Positions 8,980 to 17,139 of a DNA stretch of 44,301 nt are shown piece after piece. How positions within the stretch are numbered: position 1 is the stretch's first letter; every line of letters begins with the position of its first letter. This DNA is from an uncultured Rikenellaceae bacterium (GTDB lineage: Bacteria > Bacteroidota > Bacteroidia > Bacteroidales > VadinHA17), in assembly GCA_964426435.1 (NCBI GenBank), contig CAYRQY010000003.1:1-44301 (forward strand). Reading direction: 5' to 3'. The translations under genes were made by a program, and so were the position numbers. A model generated the notes under the pieces. That model was not told the DNA's origin and ran no database searches. It saw only the letters and a list, made by a program, of their open reading frames with translations.

Positions 8980-9011
8980 GAAGCCCGAAGCCCGAAGCCG
9001 GAAGCCCGAAG
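8980..9011. repeat. Heptamer tandem repeat GAAGCC(C/G) x ~4.5
   Basis: gaagccc gaagccc gaagccg gaagccc gaag. Confidence 0.85.
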
Positions 9012-9041
9012 AAGTTCTTGTTGGCTCTGAGCTCTGCTTTG

Positions 9042-9108
9042 CCAGCCGTAGCTTTCTTTGACCTCCGTAGTACCGATTTATCGGGACGAAGGAGGTAGCG
9101 TAGGCTGG
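9042..9108. repeat. Nested REP-like palindromic element
   Basis: Three nested inverted pairs: CCAGCC(9042-47)/GGCTGG(9103-08), ACCTCC(9061-66)/GGAGGT(9091-96), CCGAT(9073-77)/ATCGG(9080-84). Confidence 0.7.
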
Positions 9109-9150
9109 AGCTCTGCGCACTGAGCTCTGCGCCAGCCAGCCGTTTGGCAA

Positions 9151-9372
9151 TCAGAATATTTTCCTGATAATCCAGATGATGAATGAAACAACAATGCTAA
9201 GGAGGATCATTGTGGTTATCGGGAAATAGAATTTGAAATTCTCCTTTTCCACCCTTATGTCTCCCGGAAGATTACCGATCCAATTAAGTTTGTTGCCGGC
9301 GAAATACACAATAACTCCTGCTATAATAAGAATTATACCCGCAAATATCAATATTTTAGAAAGTTGTGGCAT
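9151..9372 (-). CDS. DUF2905-family small membrane protein
   Basis: Two hydrophobic helices around G.LPGDIRVEKENFKFYFPITT. Confidence 0.9.
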   Translation of the reverse strand: MPQLSKILIFAGIILIIAGVIVYFAGNKLNWIGNLPGDIRVEKENFKFYFPITTMILLSIVVSFIIWIIRKIF

Positions 9373-9380
9373 GGTTGATA

Positions 9381-10646
9381 TTAAAAAATCACAGTAACAC
9401 TTCCTCCGGCTTTTGTAAGTTCAACCTCTTTTGAGACACCGTTTGCAGTCACCCTGTATCTCCCGTAGAATGCCGGCGTGGTGAAGAGTCCGTCTGTACC
9501 GGCATTGCCGGACGTCTCTGTCCACCACTCCTTGAAGACCAGGTTCCTATAAGCTTCAGCTGCCGGTGTTGGCGACCAGTCGCGTTTATAGAGTGATGAA
9601 ACCGGAATCCAGCTGGCTCCTTCCCAGAATCCCCACATCAGGATACCTTCAACAACCGGGTGGGAAAAGCATATCCTGTAATAATCGGCCAGTTCCTTTG
9701 CTTTCAGTTCCTCCTCTTCTTCAGTCATGGCAGTTATTTTTTCCCTGTAATATTTTGAGCGCTGGCCAGGCATGTTGAACTCTGTGATCCTGACCGGCAG
9801 GTTAAAAACAGCAAGTGAGTCGAGGGCCATTCTGAGCTGTAAACGATCGAATGTCTCTGCATGAAGATGGCCCTGTACTCCTATACCTGCTATCGGAACG
9901 CCCTCTTTCAGCAGTTTTCTTATATGGGCCATATAATCAGCCAGCCGGTTTCCTGTGAGAATATCATAATCGTTGAGCCAGAGCTTTATTTCCGGATCAC
10001 CGTTCCGAGCCCAGTCAGCCATCATTTTCGTTATTCCCTCACCAAGCCTCTCCTCATAGTAGTTGCCGTGGATCATTTCGTTGTTGAGATCATACTCAGC
10101 GAAGCGTCCCCTGTAACGTGCCGTTACTGTTTCGGCTCTCCTCTGAAGAGTCTGCATGAGCTCGTCATCGTCCAGCTCCTTAACCCACTGCTGGACAAAC
10201 TGGGGAATCCCCCAGAAAAGATTATGAGCCCTGAGAGGGATATTGTTTTCCCCGGTCCAGGTCAGGATCGCATCTACGGTACTGTAATTCACCTCACCCC
10301 TGCGGCGTTCCATATCACCCCATTTTACGGCATTTTCTGTAACGGCCGAGTTGAAGTTCTCAAGGAACTTCTTTTTGTATTGTTGTACATCGCTCTCCGT
10401 TATACGGCCTCCTGCAAGTGAGTTGCTTATGGCACATCCGAACCAGAATTCATGACCAAGTTGTTCAACAATGACCCTGTCGCCTGGCCTGGCCTTTACA
10501 ATAAGGATACCTTTGCGGTTTTGTGCAATTGATTCCTTGATGCCGGGATACTGGGCATGCAAACCGGTAATAATCAGGATTTGAATAAAGATCACTGCCG
10601 GCAGGTACCGGAGAATTCCATGAACGGACGTGTTGTTGTTTCTCAT
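9381..10646 (-). CDS. GH10 glycoside hydrolase (endo-1,4-beta-xylanase-like), secreted
   Basis: ENAVKW, RAHNLFW, YDLNNE (acid/base Glu), NDY, GIGVQGH, ITEFN (nucleophile Glu), WGFWE. The start at ATG 10646 follows a TAAAATTG promoter-like box. Confidence 0.9.
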   Translation of the reverse strand: MRNNNTSVHGILRYLPAVIFIQILIITGLHAQYPGIKESIAQNRKGILIVKARPGDRVIVEQLGHEFWFGCAISNSLAGGRITESDVQQYKKKFLENFNSAVTENAVKWGDMERRRGEVNYSTVDAILTWTGENNIPLRAHNLFWGIPQFVQQWVKELDDDELMQTLQRRAETVTARYRGRFAEYDLNNEMIHGNYYEERLGEGITKMMADWARNGDPEIKLWLNDYDILTGNRLADYMAHIRKLLKEGVPIAGIGVQGHLHAETFDRLQLRMALDSLAVFNLPVRITEFNMPGQRSKYYREKITAMTEEEEELKAKELADYYRICFSHPVVEGILMWGFWEGASWIPVSSLYKRDWSPTPAAEAYRNLVFKEWWTETSGNAGTDGLFTTPAFYGRYRVTANGVSKEVELTKAGGSVTVIF

Positions 10647-10768
10647 AACGGGCAATTTTAGAAGCATCTGTTATCAATTTTCATTTTAAATACCCTCTTT
10701 AACCAAAATTATTTATTTTTATAGGATAAAGTAAATAAATAAGTTGCCAATAATTAAAAGTGTCTGAT

Positions 10769-11437
10769 ATGAAAGAGCATTTTGTCAGAATCATCAGCAT
10801 TGAAAATGTTACGCATGATGTTAAAAGATTCAGGATTGAGAAACCTGAAGGATACTCCTTTTTGCCAGGTCAGGCTACCGAAGTCTCAGTAAATAAACCG
10901 GCATGGAGGGAGGAAATAAGACCTTTCACCTTCACCTGCCTTAACAGTGATCCTTTTCTTGAGTTTACCATCAAGATATACCCATCCCATAATGGTGTTA
11001 CAAATCAACTCGGGAAACTTGTTCCGGGTGATGAACTGATTATAAGGGATGTGTGGGGGGCAATCACGTATAAGGGCAGGGGAGTATTTATCGCCGGCGG
11101 AGCGGGAATTACTCCCTTTATTGCCATCTTCAGGGAGCTCAGGGAGAATAATGAAGTAGCAGGAAGCAAGCTGATCTTTGCAAATAAAACGAAGGCTGAT
11201 ATAATTCTCGAGCAGGAGTTCAGCAGCATGCTTGGGGCTGATTTCATCAATATTTTATCAGAAGAGCAGGCTGATGGATATTTTACAGGGATGATAAGTG
11301 TGGATTTCCTCAGAAAGGTTGTCGGTGATTTCAATGTAAATTTTTACATCTGCGGTCCTCCACCAATGATGGATTCTGTAACCGGTCAACTTGCGGAACT
11401 GGGGGTTGGGGAGAGTTCTGTTACCCTGGAGTTATAA
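10769..11437 (+). CDS. Ferredoxin/flavodoxin-NADP(H) reductase-family FAD-binding oxidoreductase
   Basis: RPFTF (FAD), IAGGAGITPF (NAD(P)), FYICGPPPM. Start is ATG 10769 or GTG 10760. Confidence 0.9.
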   Translation: MKEHFVRIISIENVTHDVKRFRIEKPEGYSFLPGQATEVSVNKPAWREEIRPFTFTCLNSDPFLEFTIKIYPSHNGVTNQLGKLVPGDELIIRDVWGAITYKGRGVFIAGGAGITPFIAIFRELRENNEVAGSKLIFANKTKADIILEQEFSSMLGADFINILSEEQADGYFTGMISVDFLRKVVGDFNVNFYICGPPPMMDSVTGQLAELGVGESSVTLEL

Positions 11438-11603
11438 GGCAATTACCCGGTGAGTACTTTTGATCTGCCCCGGTGGGGTTAAAGCGCTTTTTGTCTTTAA
11501 AGGAGTTGAATATTAGGCTTTTTTAACATAATGATCAGGGTTTTCTCTTGACCTTATATGTTTTTTTTCATTATTTTGATGCCTGAGTCTTAAAGGGTAA
11601 ATT

Positions 11604-13475
11604 ATGAAGAATTTCTACACGTTACTGGTGATAACAGCACTTTTGCTTATTGCGGGTTGTGCCCGCGAAAAGAAGGATCTTACCGTGACTTTTGAAGGTG
11701 CAATATCCGAAAAGAAATGGGCTCTTAAAGAGTTAAATCCTGAATTGCCTTCGGACTGGTCATTTTATGAGTACCTGACTCTTGAATATCATACCACATC
11801 CACCCAGCGGTTTTACATAAATCTTTATGATACCGGAGGGGTGCGCAGGCTAAGGATATTGCCATTTCAGGGTGCCTGGGTAAGGGCATCGATCCCTCTG
11901 GCCAACTTTCAGAAGAGGAACGTACTCGGGCACGATATGGCAGCAATAGGGCAGAGGGGCATGCCGGGTTACGGGCTTGGATTCACCGCTCTGGTAGGAA
12001 CGATAAACCATATCCATTCCCTTGGGGTGATGATGGAAGCACCCATAGGCATGCCGGCACTCGAACTCCGTAATATAAGGCTTTCGATGGTTGCTGAAGA
12101 TTCCATACTGAGTCCCCTGCCGCTTGTTGATGAGTTTGGTCAGTGGATGCCTGCAGAATGGCCGGGAAAAGCAAAAACAATTGAGGAGCTTCAGGCCGCC
12201 TGGGATGAGGAGGACAGGTCGCTTCAGAGCGGTAACTTCAAAGTATCAAAGTATGGCGGCTATCTGGATACCAGGGCCAGGGCAACAGGCTTTTTCAGGG
12301 TTGAGAAGATTAACGGCAAATGGTGGTTCATCGACCCTTTGGGCCATTATTTCCTTTCCGTTGGCAGTACCGGGATAGGACCCGGGGGATCATTCGCCAG
12401 GGTAGAGGGGCGCGAGTATATTTATACTGCATTTCCTCCCGAGGAGCTGACAAAATCATACAGAAGGCTGGGAAGGGCTTCATTCTACACATGGAATCTT
12501 TACCGAAGGTTTGGTCCTGATTTTCATGAGAAATGGATGGATTTCACGGCAAGAAGGATGGATGACTGGGGGCTCAACACTATCGCCAACTGGTCGGATG
12601 CCGCCTTCGGGAGAAGCCAGAGAAAGCCTTATGTGGCAACACTCGGAGGGTGGGGGTTTGATCCCAATACTATGGGGATGCCCGATGTTTATGCACCCGG
12701 ATATGCCGCGGCTGTCGATGAGGCAGCTGCGCGTCAGTGTGCCCCCCTCAGGAATGACCCCTATCTTCTGGGCTATTTTGTGGGTAATGAACCCCCATGG
12801 CCGGGGAGGGAAATGGAACTGGTGAAGGTCATTCTCGAGGGCAGCGACACACCCATGAAAGCTGCCCTGATCAGGCACCTTGAAGACGGCGATACCCCGG
12901 AAAGGCGGAAAGCTTTTGTATATGACACCTACACCAGGTTCATCCGGATTATCAATTCAGCAATAAAAAAGCACGACCCCAACCACCTTAACCTTGGTCT
13001 CCGCTTTGGCGGCAGCCCGCCGGAAGATCTTGTAAAGGCGTCTGCAACGGCAGGATTTGACGTTTTCAGCCTTAACATCTATGGTTACAGTGCTTACCCC
13101 GAGAGACTGTCAAGAATAGATGAACTGACAGGTCTGCCAATCATAATCGGCGAGTTTCATTTCGGGACAACCGAACGGGGACTCTCACCCGGGCTGAGGC
13201 AGACAATAAGCCAGGAGGAGCGGGGTGTTGCCTACAGGTATTACGTGGAGAATGCCTTTGCCCACCCGTCGCTGATAGGCACACACTGGTTCCAGTGGTG
13301 GGATCAGCCTTCTACAGGAAGGAATGACGGGGAAAACTACAATATCGGTCTTGTGGATGTTACCGATCAGCCTTACAGGGAACTTGTCGATGCTGCACGG
13401 GAAACTCATAAGAGGCTCTACGGAATTCATTCCGGAGAGATACCGCCGGTCAACAGGCAGGCACTGACTCAATAA
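11604..13475 (+). CDS. GH50-like (beta-agarase/beta-galactosidase family, clan GH-A) lipoprotein
   Basis: Lipobox LIAGC. LVDEFGQW, TGFFRVEK..GKWW..DP.G, WGLNT..NWS, GYFVGNEP, IGEFHFG, GTHWFQW and GRNDGENYNIG match GH50 catalytic-domain signatures. Confidence 0.8.
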   Translation: MKNFYTLLVITALLLIAGCAREKKDLTVTFEGAISEKKWALKELNPELPSDWSFYEYLTLEYHTTSTQRFYINLYDTGGVRRLRILPFQGAWVRASIPLANFQKRNVLGHDMAAIGQRGMPGYGLGFTALVGTINHIHSLGVMMEAPIGMPALELRNIRLSMVAEDSILSPLPLVDEFGQWMPAEWPGKAKTIEELQAAWDEEDRSLQSGNFKVSKYGGYLDTRARATGFFRVEKINGKWWFIDPLGHYFLSVGSTGIGPGGSFARVEGREYIYTAFPPEELTKSYRRLGRASFYTWNLYRRFGPDFHEKWMDFTARRMDDWGLNTIANWSDAAFGRSQRKPYVATLGGWGFDPNTMGMPDVYAPGYAAAVDEAAARQCAPLRNDPYLLGYFVGNEPPWPGREMELVKVILEGSDTPMKAALIRHLEDGDTPERRKAFVYDTYTRFIRIINSAIKKHDPNHLNLGLRFGGSPPEDLVKASATAGFDVFSLNIYGYSAYPERLSRIDELTGLPIIIGEFHFGTTERGLSPGLRQTISQEERGVAYRYYVENAFAHPSLIGTHWFQWWDQPSTGRNDGENYNIGLVDVTDQPYRELVDAARETHKRLYGIHSGEIPPVNRQALTQ

Positions 13476-13512
13476 CATATTGGATCAGGCTGGTTTTATC
13501 CGGCCTTCATTA

Positions 13513-15093
13513 TCAGGTGAGGTTTTCAAAACCGATGCCTATCTTTTTAAAGGCATACTCTGCCTCCTTCATGTAATCGCCATAGACAGTGATCCAGTGA
13601 AAACCCGGCATCTTTTCGGCCACCTTCCGGCTGTCGCAGGTGAATTTCACCTCGATCTGTGAGCGGCAGATATCAAGGAAAGGGTTATCATCTATCTTGC
13701 CCAGCAGGCCAACATTGGTTTCGAATGCAAAATCGGGCATTATGTTTGTAACAATCTGTCCTTTAAGCATATCTACTTTTGGAGCAGCGCCGTAGTCCGA
13801 CTCAAAATGCGTCATTATTCTTGCCGGTTCAGGTCTTTTACCATCCATTTTCCGGGGGGCGGTGCAATGGGCAAGGGTGATGATGTTATTGTGAGGGAAG
13901 GTGGGATCGTTAAGGAACGATGGCTTGCCTGCGATGTTGGCCATAAGTATGCCGGCCGGTACAACAACGAAATCCGACTCGCAGAAAGCAAGGTAACCAT
14001 CGTCGTTCAGGAGGCTGAGAGTAAGGCATGCCGTAGTCTCGGCCAGGGGCATAATTGTTCCCATGCACTCGTTTATTGTAAGGGACCTGCATTCATATTT
14101 CGTCATCAGCCCGATGAATATCTCTTCGAGAACGAAACAGTTATCGACGAACTGCCTGTCAGTCTCAAGCCTGACACCTGTATCTTCAAGGTATTTGTCA
14201 GCCCTTGTCCTGGCCGCTGCAATCAGCGATTTATCTTTCCGGGCTTCAGTGATCAGGTTACCCAGCTCATCGTAGGATATGGTCCGCATATCGAGCTGGT
14301 ATTTATCCCTAACGAGAGCAGGAACCACGCCTACGGGCTGGGCCCAGGCTCCGGGACCTCCCACCGCGAGGACACGGGTGCCGACTGTGTTCTTCAGCCC
14401 GCATAAAGCCCTGAGGCGCCAAAGCAGCTCCTCAGGACTGTCTATCACAACATCATTCTCGTCAATACCCTTTACGGAAAGTTTATCGGTGTGCTGACGC
14501 AGATACCTGGGACTGATGATCTCATACCACAAGTAAACGGGACCCGACTGATGGCGGCAGAAAATAAGGACATTTTTCCCTTTATTGTTTAATGTGTCAA
14601 ACATGCCCATGCTTCCTCCGGCGGCATATACGAGGTACAGGTCAGCTGCATCCAGATCCGGAAGGTTATTCAGATCCTGGTTCCTGCGAACGGAGGAGAC
14701 CGGCAAAAAGGTTACCGGGAAATCAGCAAGGGAGTTTAGTTTCTTCAGTTCTTTTTCAATCCTTTCAACCTCTGCAGCAGCATCCTGTTCCGTCTGGATT
14801 CCTCCCCAGGCTCTCCAGCTTGCTTTCTCACGCCTCTGGGGCACTTCGTAGGTTAATATGGGTTTTACCATAAGGGGCTGACGCTGGACCTGATATCTTG
14901 TGCCCGTCTGTTCCGGGGCGATCGCGCTCCATGAAAGACCCGATAATGCAACGGTACCGAGGGCTCCTGCACCGGCCACCCGGACAAATTTCCGACGCGT
15001 CATTTCGCCCGGAGTAAAACCATGATTACCACAGCAGGTTCTGAAACCCGACGGTTGTCCCGTTCCTGAGGAAGGATTAATTATGCGGCTCAT
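13513..15093 (-). CDS. L-fucose/L-arabinose-isomerase-family protein with twin-arginine signal
   Basis: TRRKFV followed by a hydrophobic stretch. C-terminal NECMG, FCESDF, AHCTAP, THFESDYGAAPKV, CRSQ, GFHW..VYGD. ATG 15093 is preferred because TTG 15114 abuts the promoter box. Confidence 0.8.
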   Translation of the reverse strand: MSRIINPSSGTGQPSGFRTCCGNHGFTPGEMTRRKFVRVAGAGALGTVALSGLSWSAIAPEQTGTRYQVQRQPLMVKPILTYEVPQRREKASWRAWGGIQTEQDAAAEVERIEKELKKLNSLADFPVTFLPVSSVRRNQDLNNLPDLDAADLYLVYAAGGSMGMFDTLNNKGKNVLIFCRHQSGPVYLWYEIISPRYLRQHTDKLSVKGIDENDVVIDSPEELLWRLRALCGLKNTVGTRVLAVGGPGAWAQPVGVVPALVRDKYQLDMRTISYDELGNLITEARKDKSLIAAARTRADKYLEDTGVRLETDRQFVDNCFVLEEIFIGLMTKYECRSLTINECMGTIMPLAETTACLTLSLLNDDGYLAFCESDFVVVPAGILMANIAGKPSFLNDPTFPHNNIITLAHCTAPRKMDGKRPEPARIMTHFESDYGAAPKVDMLKGQIVTNIMPDFAFETNVGLLGKIDDNPFLDICRSQIEVKFTCDSRKVAEKMPGFHWITVYGDYMKEAEYAFKKIGIGFENLT

Positions 15094-15114
15094 TTTAAAG
15101 GGTTTTATTTTCAA

Positions 15115-15146
15115 GAAATTTACGGCTTTTTTTATTCAAATACAAA
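15115..15146 (-). promoter_or_regulatory. Putative -33/-7 promoter for the isomerase gene
   Basis: TTTG(15143-46)-N20-TAAATTTC(15115-22). The -7 box has one mismatch to TAnnTTTG. Confidence 0.5.
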
Positions 15147-15411
15147 CAAACAGGTCGCCGCTACGCGGCTGCAAACAGGGCGCTCCTATGGAGCTACAAA
15201 CAGGCCGCTCCTACGGAGCTACAAACAGGTCGCTCCTACGGAGCTACAAACAGGTCGCTCCTACGGAGCTCAAAACCAGATTCACAATCCGTGTTGCTAC
15301 AAACAGGTCGCTCCTACGGAGCTACAAACAGGCCGCTCCTACGGAGCTACAAACAGGTCGCTCTTACGGAGCTATAAACAGGTCGCTCCTACGGAGCTAC
15401 AAACAGGTCGC
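15146..15411. repeat. Tandem array of a 25-bp hairpin unit ACAAACAGGTCGCTCCTACGGAGCT: 5 units, 28-bp interruption, 4 units, then a partial unit
   Basis: Units start at 15146, 15171, 15196, 15221, 15246, 15299, 15324, 15349, 15374 and 15399 (partial). The consensus carries a GCTCC-TAC-GGAGC stem-loop. Confidence 0.95.
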
Positions 15412-15425
15412 CAGGGTGCGGATTA

Positions 15426-16259
15426 TTAACGGGGTATCCGGTATGAGAGGCCGAAGCTGACAAAAGTGTCGAGAGCAGCCTCGTTCAGGCCTGCCCCGCC
15501 CGACAGGTCGAACTGAAGGTTTTGAAGCACCAGATAAGTAAGTCCGGCATTGAAGAGATGCATTCTGCTGCCCGGTTCCCGGACCAGTCCATAGAATTCA
15601 GTAAAGAGTCCTGTCTTCTCAGTTACTTTAATATTCAAAACAACAGAATAATAAAAGCCGGGTGATGACGATTCACCATCCCATTCGGCTCCCAGGTTGC
15701 TTCCCAGGGCAAGCCTGCCGGAAAGAGAATGAGAAAGTGCGAAACGGAAAGCAGGGGCAGGGCGCGGCATTCTGAAGAATTCATCAGCCATAAAGGGCAG
15801 GGCTGCTCCCCCTATGAAAGCAATTCCAGGAATCCATCCACTCTCTTCAGCAATCTGGTACTTGAACTGAATTAAGAGAGGACCTGTACCTGTAGTAAGA
15901 TCTTTAATGTCGCTGTTTTTAATCTCCACTCTCTCTGAAAGAAGATCGAGTCCGAGCCGCAGCTCCAGCCTGTGCAGGAGTCCGTAGCGGAGAAGAGTTG
16001 TATTATACGAAAACAACCTTTCAACAGTAAGGTCTGTTTCATTTTTCTGCATCAGGAAACCTGTTTCAATCTGTAAGCTCCTTACCGGTACCACAGCAGC
16101 GGATTCAGTCTGATCCGGACGATCGGTTATGAGTTCGGGTATTCTATCCTGAGATCTGACGGCTGTTGACAGCATAAGAGACGCCAGTAAAACAAAATGT
16201 TTTAAACCGCCAACCGGAGCAATACAGGATCCTTTCTGGTATAATATTGCATTCTGCAT
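15426..16259 (-). CDS. Outer-membrane beta-barrel 'transporter' (MetA-pathway/phenol_MetA_deg-like family)
   Basis: TDRPDQTESA..VP...LQIETG, LLRYGL...ELR, NLQFDLSGG.G, terminal FGLSYR. Start codon uncertain. Confidence 0.8.
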   Translation of the reverse strand: MQNAILYQKGSCIAPVGGLKHFVLLASLMLSTAVRSQDRIPELITDRPDQTESAAVVPVRSLQIETGFLMQKNETDLTVERLFSYNTTLLRYGLLHRLELRLGLDLLSERVEIKNSDIKDLTTGTGPLLIQFKYQIAEESGWIPGIAFIGGAALPFMADEFFRMPRPAPAFRFALSHSLSGRLALGSNLGAEWDGESSSPGFYYSVVLNIKVTEKTGLFTEFYGLVREPGSRMHLFNAGLTYLVLQNLQFDLSGGAGLNEAALDTFVSFGLSYRIPR

Positions 16260-16447
16260 CTTCAGGCAATAGATTGCAATATACAAATTATCAGTTTCAT
16301 TGAGAAATCGAGAATTACAGTCAAACAGTAAGAATTCCGGCAGCGAAACCCGGTAAATACAGATGGAGTCATCAATTTTTTAAATCCTGGTTTGTCCATG
16401 ACAAAGCTATTTAGACTATCTTTCAGGAACAATTCATACACTGGTTA

Positions 16448-17059
16448 ATGAAAACACTATATTTTTCAGCCGTTCTTCTAATATCATCCTTACAGCTGTT
16501 TTCCCAGGAGGAAATGATTCTCTTTGACGGGAAGAGCCTGGAAGGATGGGAGATAATCGATTTCGGCGGTCATGGAGAGATTTCTGTTAAAGATGATGCA
16601 ATTTTTATCGGAGCCGGTGAGCCGCTTACCGGGATAAGATGGACGGGAGATTTCCCGAGAATAAATTATGAAATCAACTTTCAGGCTAAACGTGTAAGAG
16701 GATCTGACTTCTTTTGCGGTATGACCTTCCCCGTAAAGGATTCATACCTTACACTGGTACTGGGCGGATGGCAGGGTTTTGTTAACGGATTGAGCAGTAT
16801 TGACGGATACGATGCTGCCAACAACGAAACTTACGATTCCTATGGTTTCTCCATCGACAGGTGGTACAGGATCAGGCTGCGGGTTACAGACAGGAAGATA
16901 GAAGCCTGGGCTGATGATTCGAGGATAATTGACTTCACGATCGGCAACCACGATCTCTCACTGAGATGGGAGATGGAACCGGCGGTTCCTTTCGGCATCT
17001 GCACCTATTACACAACAGGGGCGGTAAGGTATCTAAGGGTCGCAACGATTAAAGACTAA
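16448..17059 (+). CDS. DUF1080 (3-keto-glycoside hydrolase/lyase-like) secreted protein
   Basis: Signal peptide, LFDGKSLEGW, GSDFFCGMTFPV, LVLGGW.G...GLSSIDG.DA. Confidence 0.85.
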   Translation: MKTLYFSAVLLISSLQLFSQEEMILFDGKSLEGWEIIDFGGHGEISVKDDAIFIGAGEPLTGIRWTGDFPRINYEINFQAKRVRGSDFFCGMTFPVKDSYLTLVLGGWQGFVNGLSSIDGYDAANNETYDSYGFSIDRWYRIRLRVTDRKIEAWADDSRIIDFTIGNHDLSLRWEMEPAVPFGICTYYTTGAVRYLRVATIKD

Positions 17060-17139
17060 CTGCTGAAACAGCGCTTAAAGGTGACCGGTTAAACTTTATT
17101 CACCGGCAGTTGTTCAATGAGTGTGATTATATTAATTGA

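Noticed and set aside
8929-9150. 74-aa N-terminal extension of the outer-membrane receptor in the ORF track
   Set aside because: It runs through heptamer and palindromic repeats and across a consensus promoter. The signal peptide starts at 8928.
15146-15411. CRISPR array
   Set aside because: Units are head-to-tail with no spacers except one interruption, and there are no cas genes in the window. Kept as a REP-like tandem repeat.
15083-15460. 125-aa ORF with repeated TNRSLLRSYKQ motifs
   Set aside because: It is a translation of the 25-bp (non-triplet) repeat and overlaps two real genes on the opposite strand.
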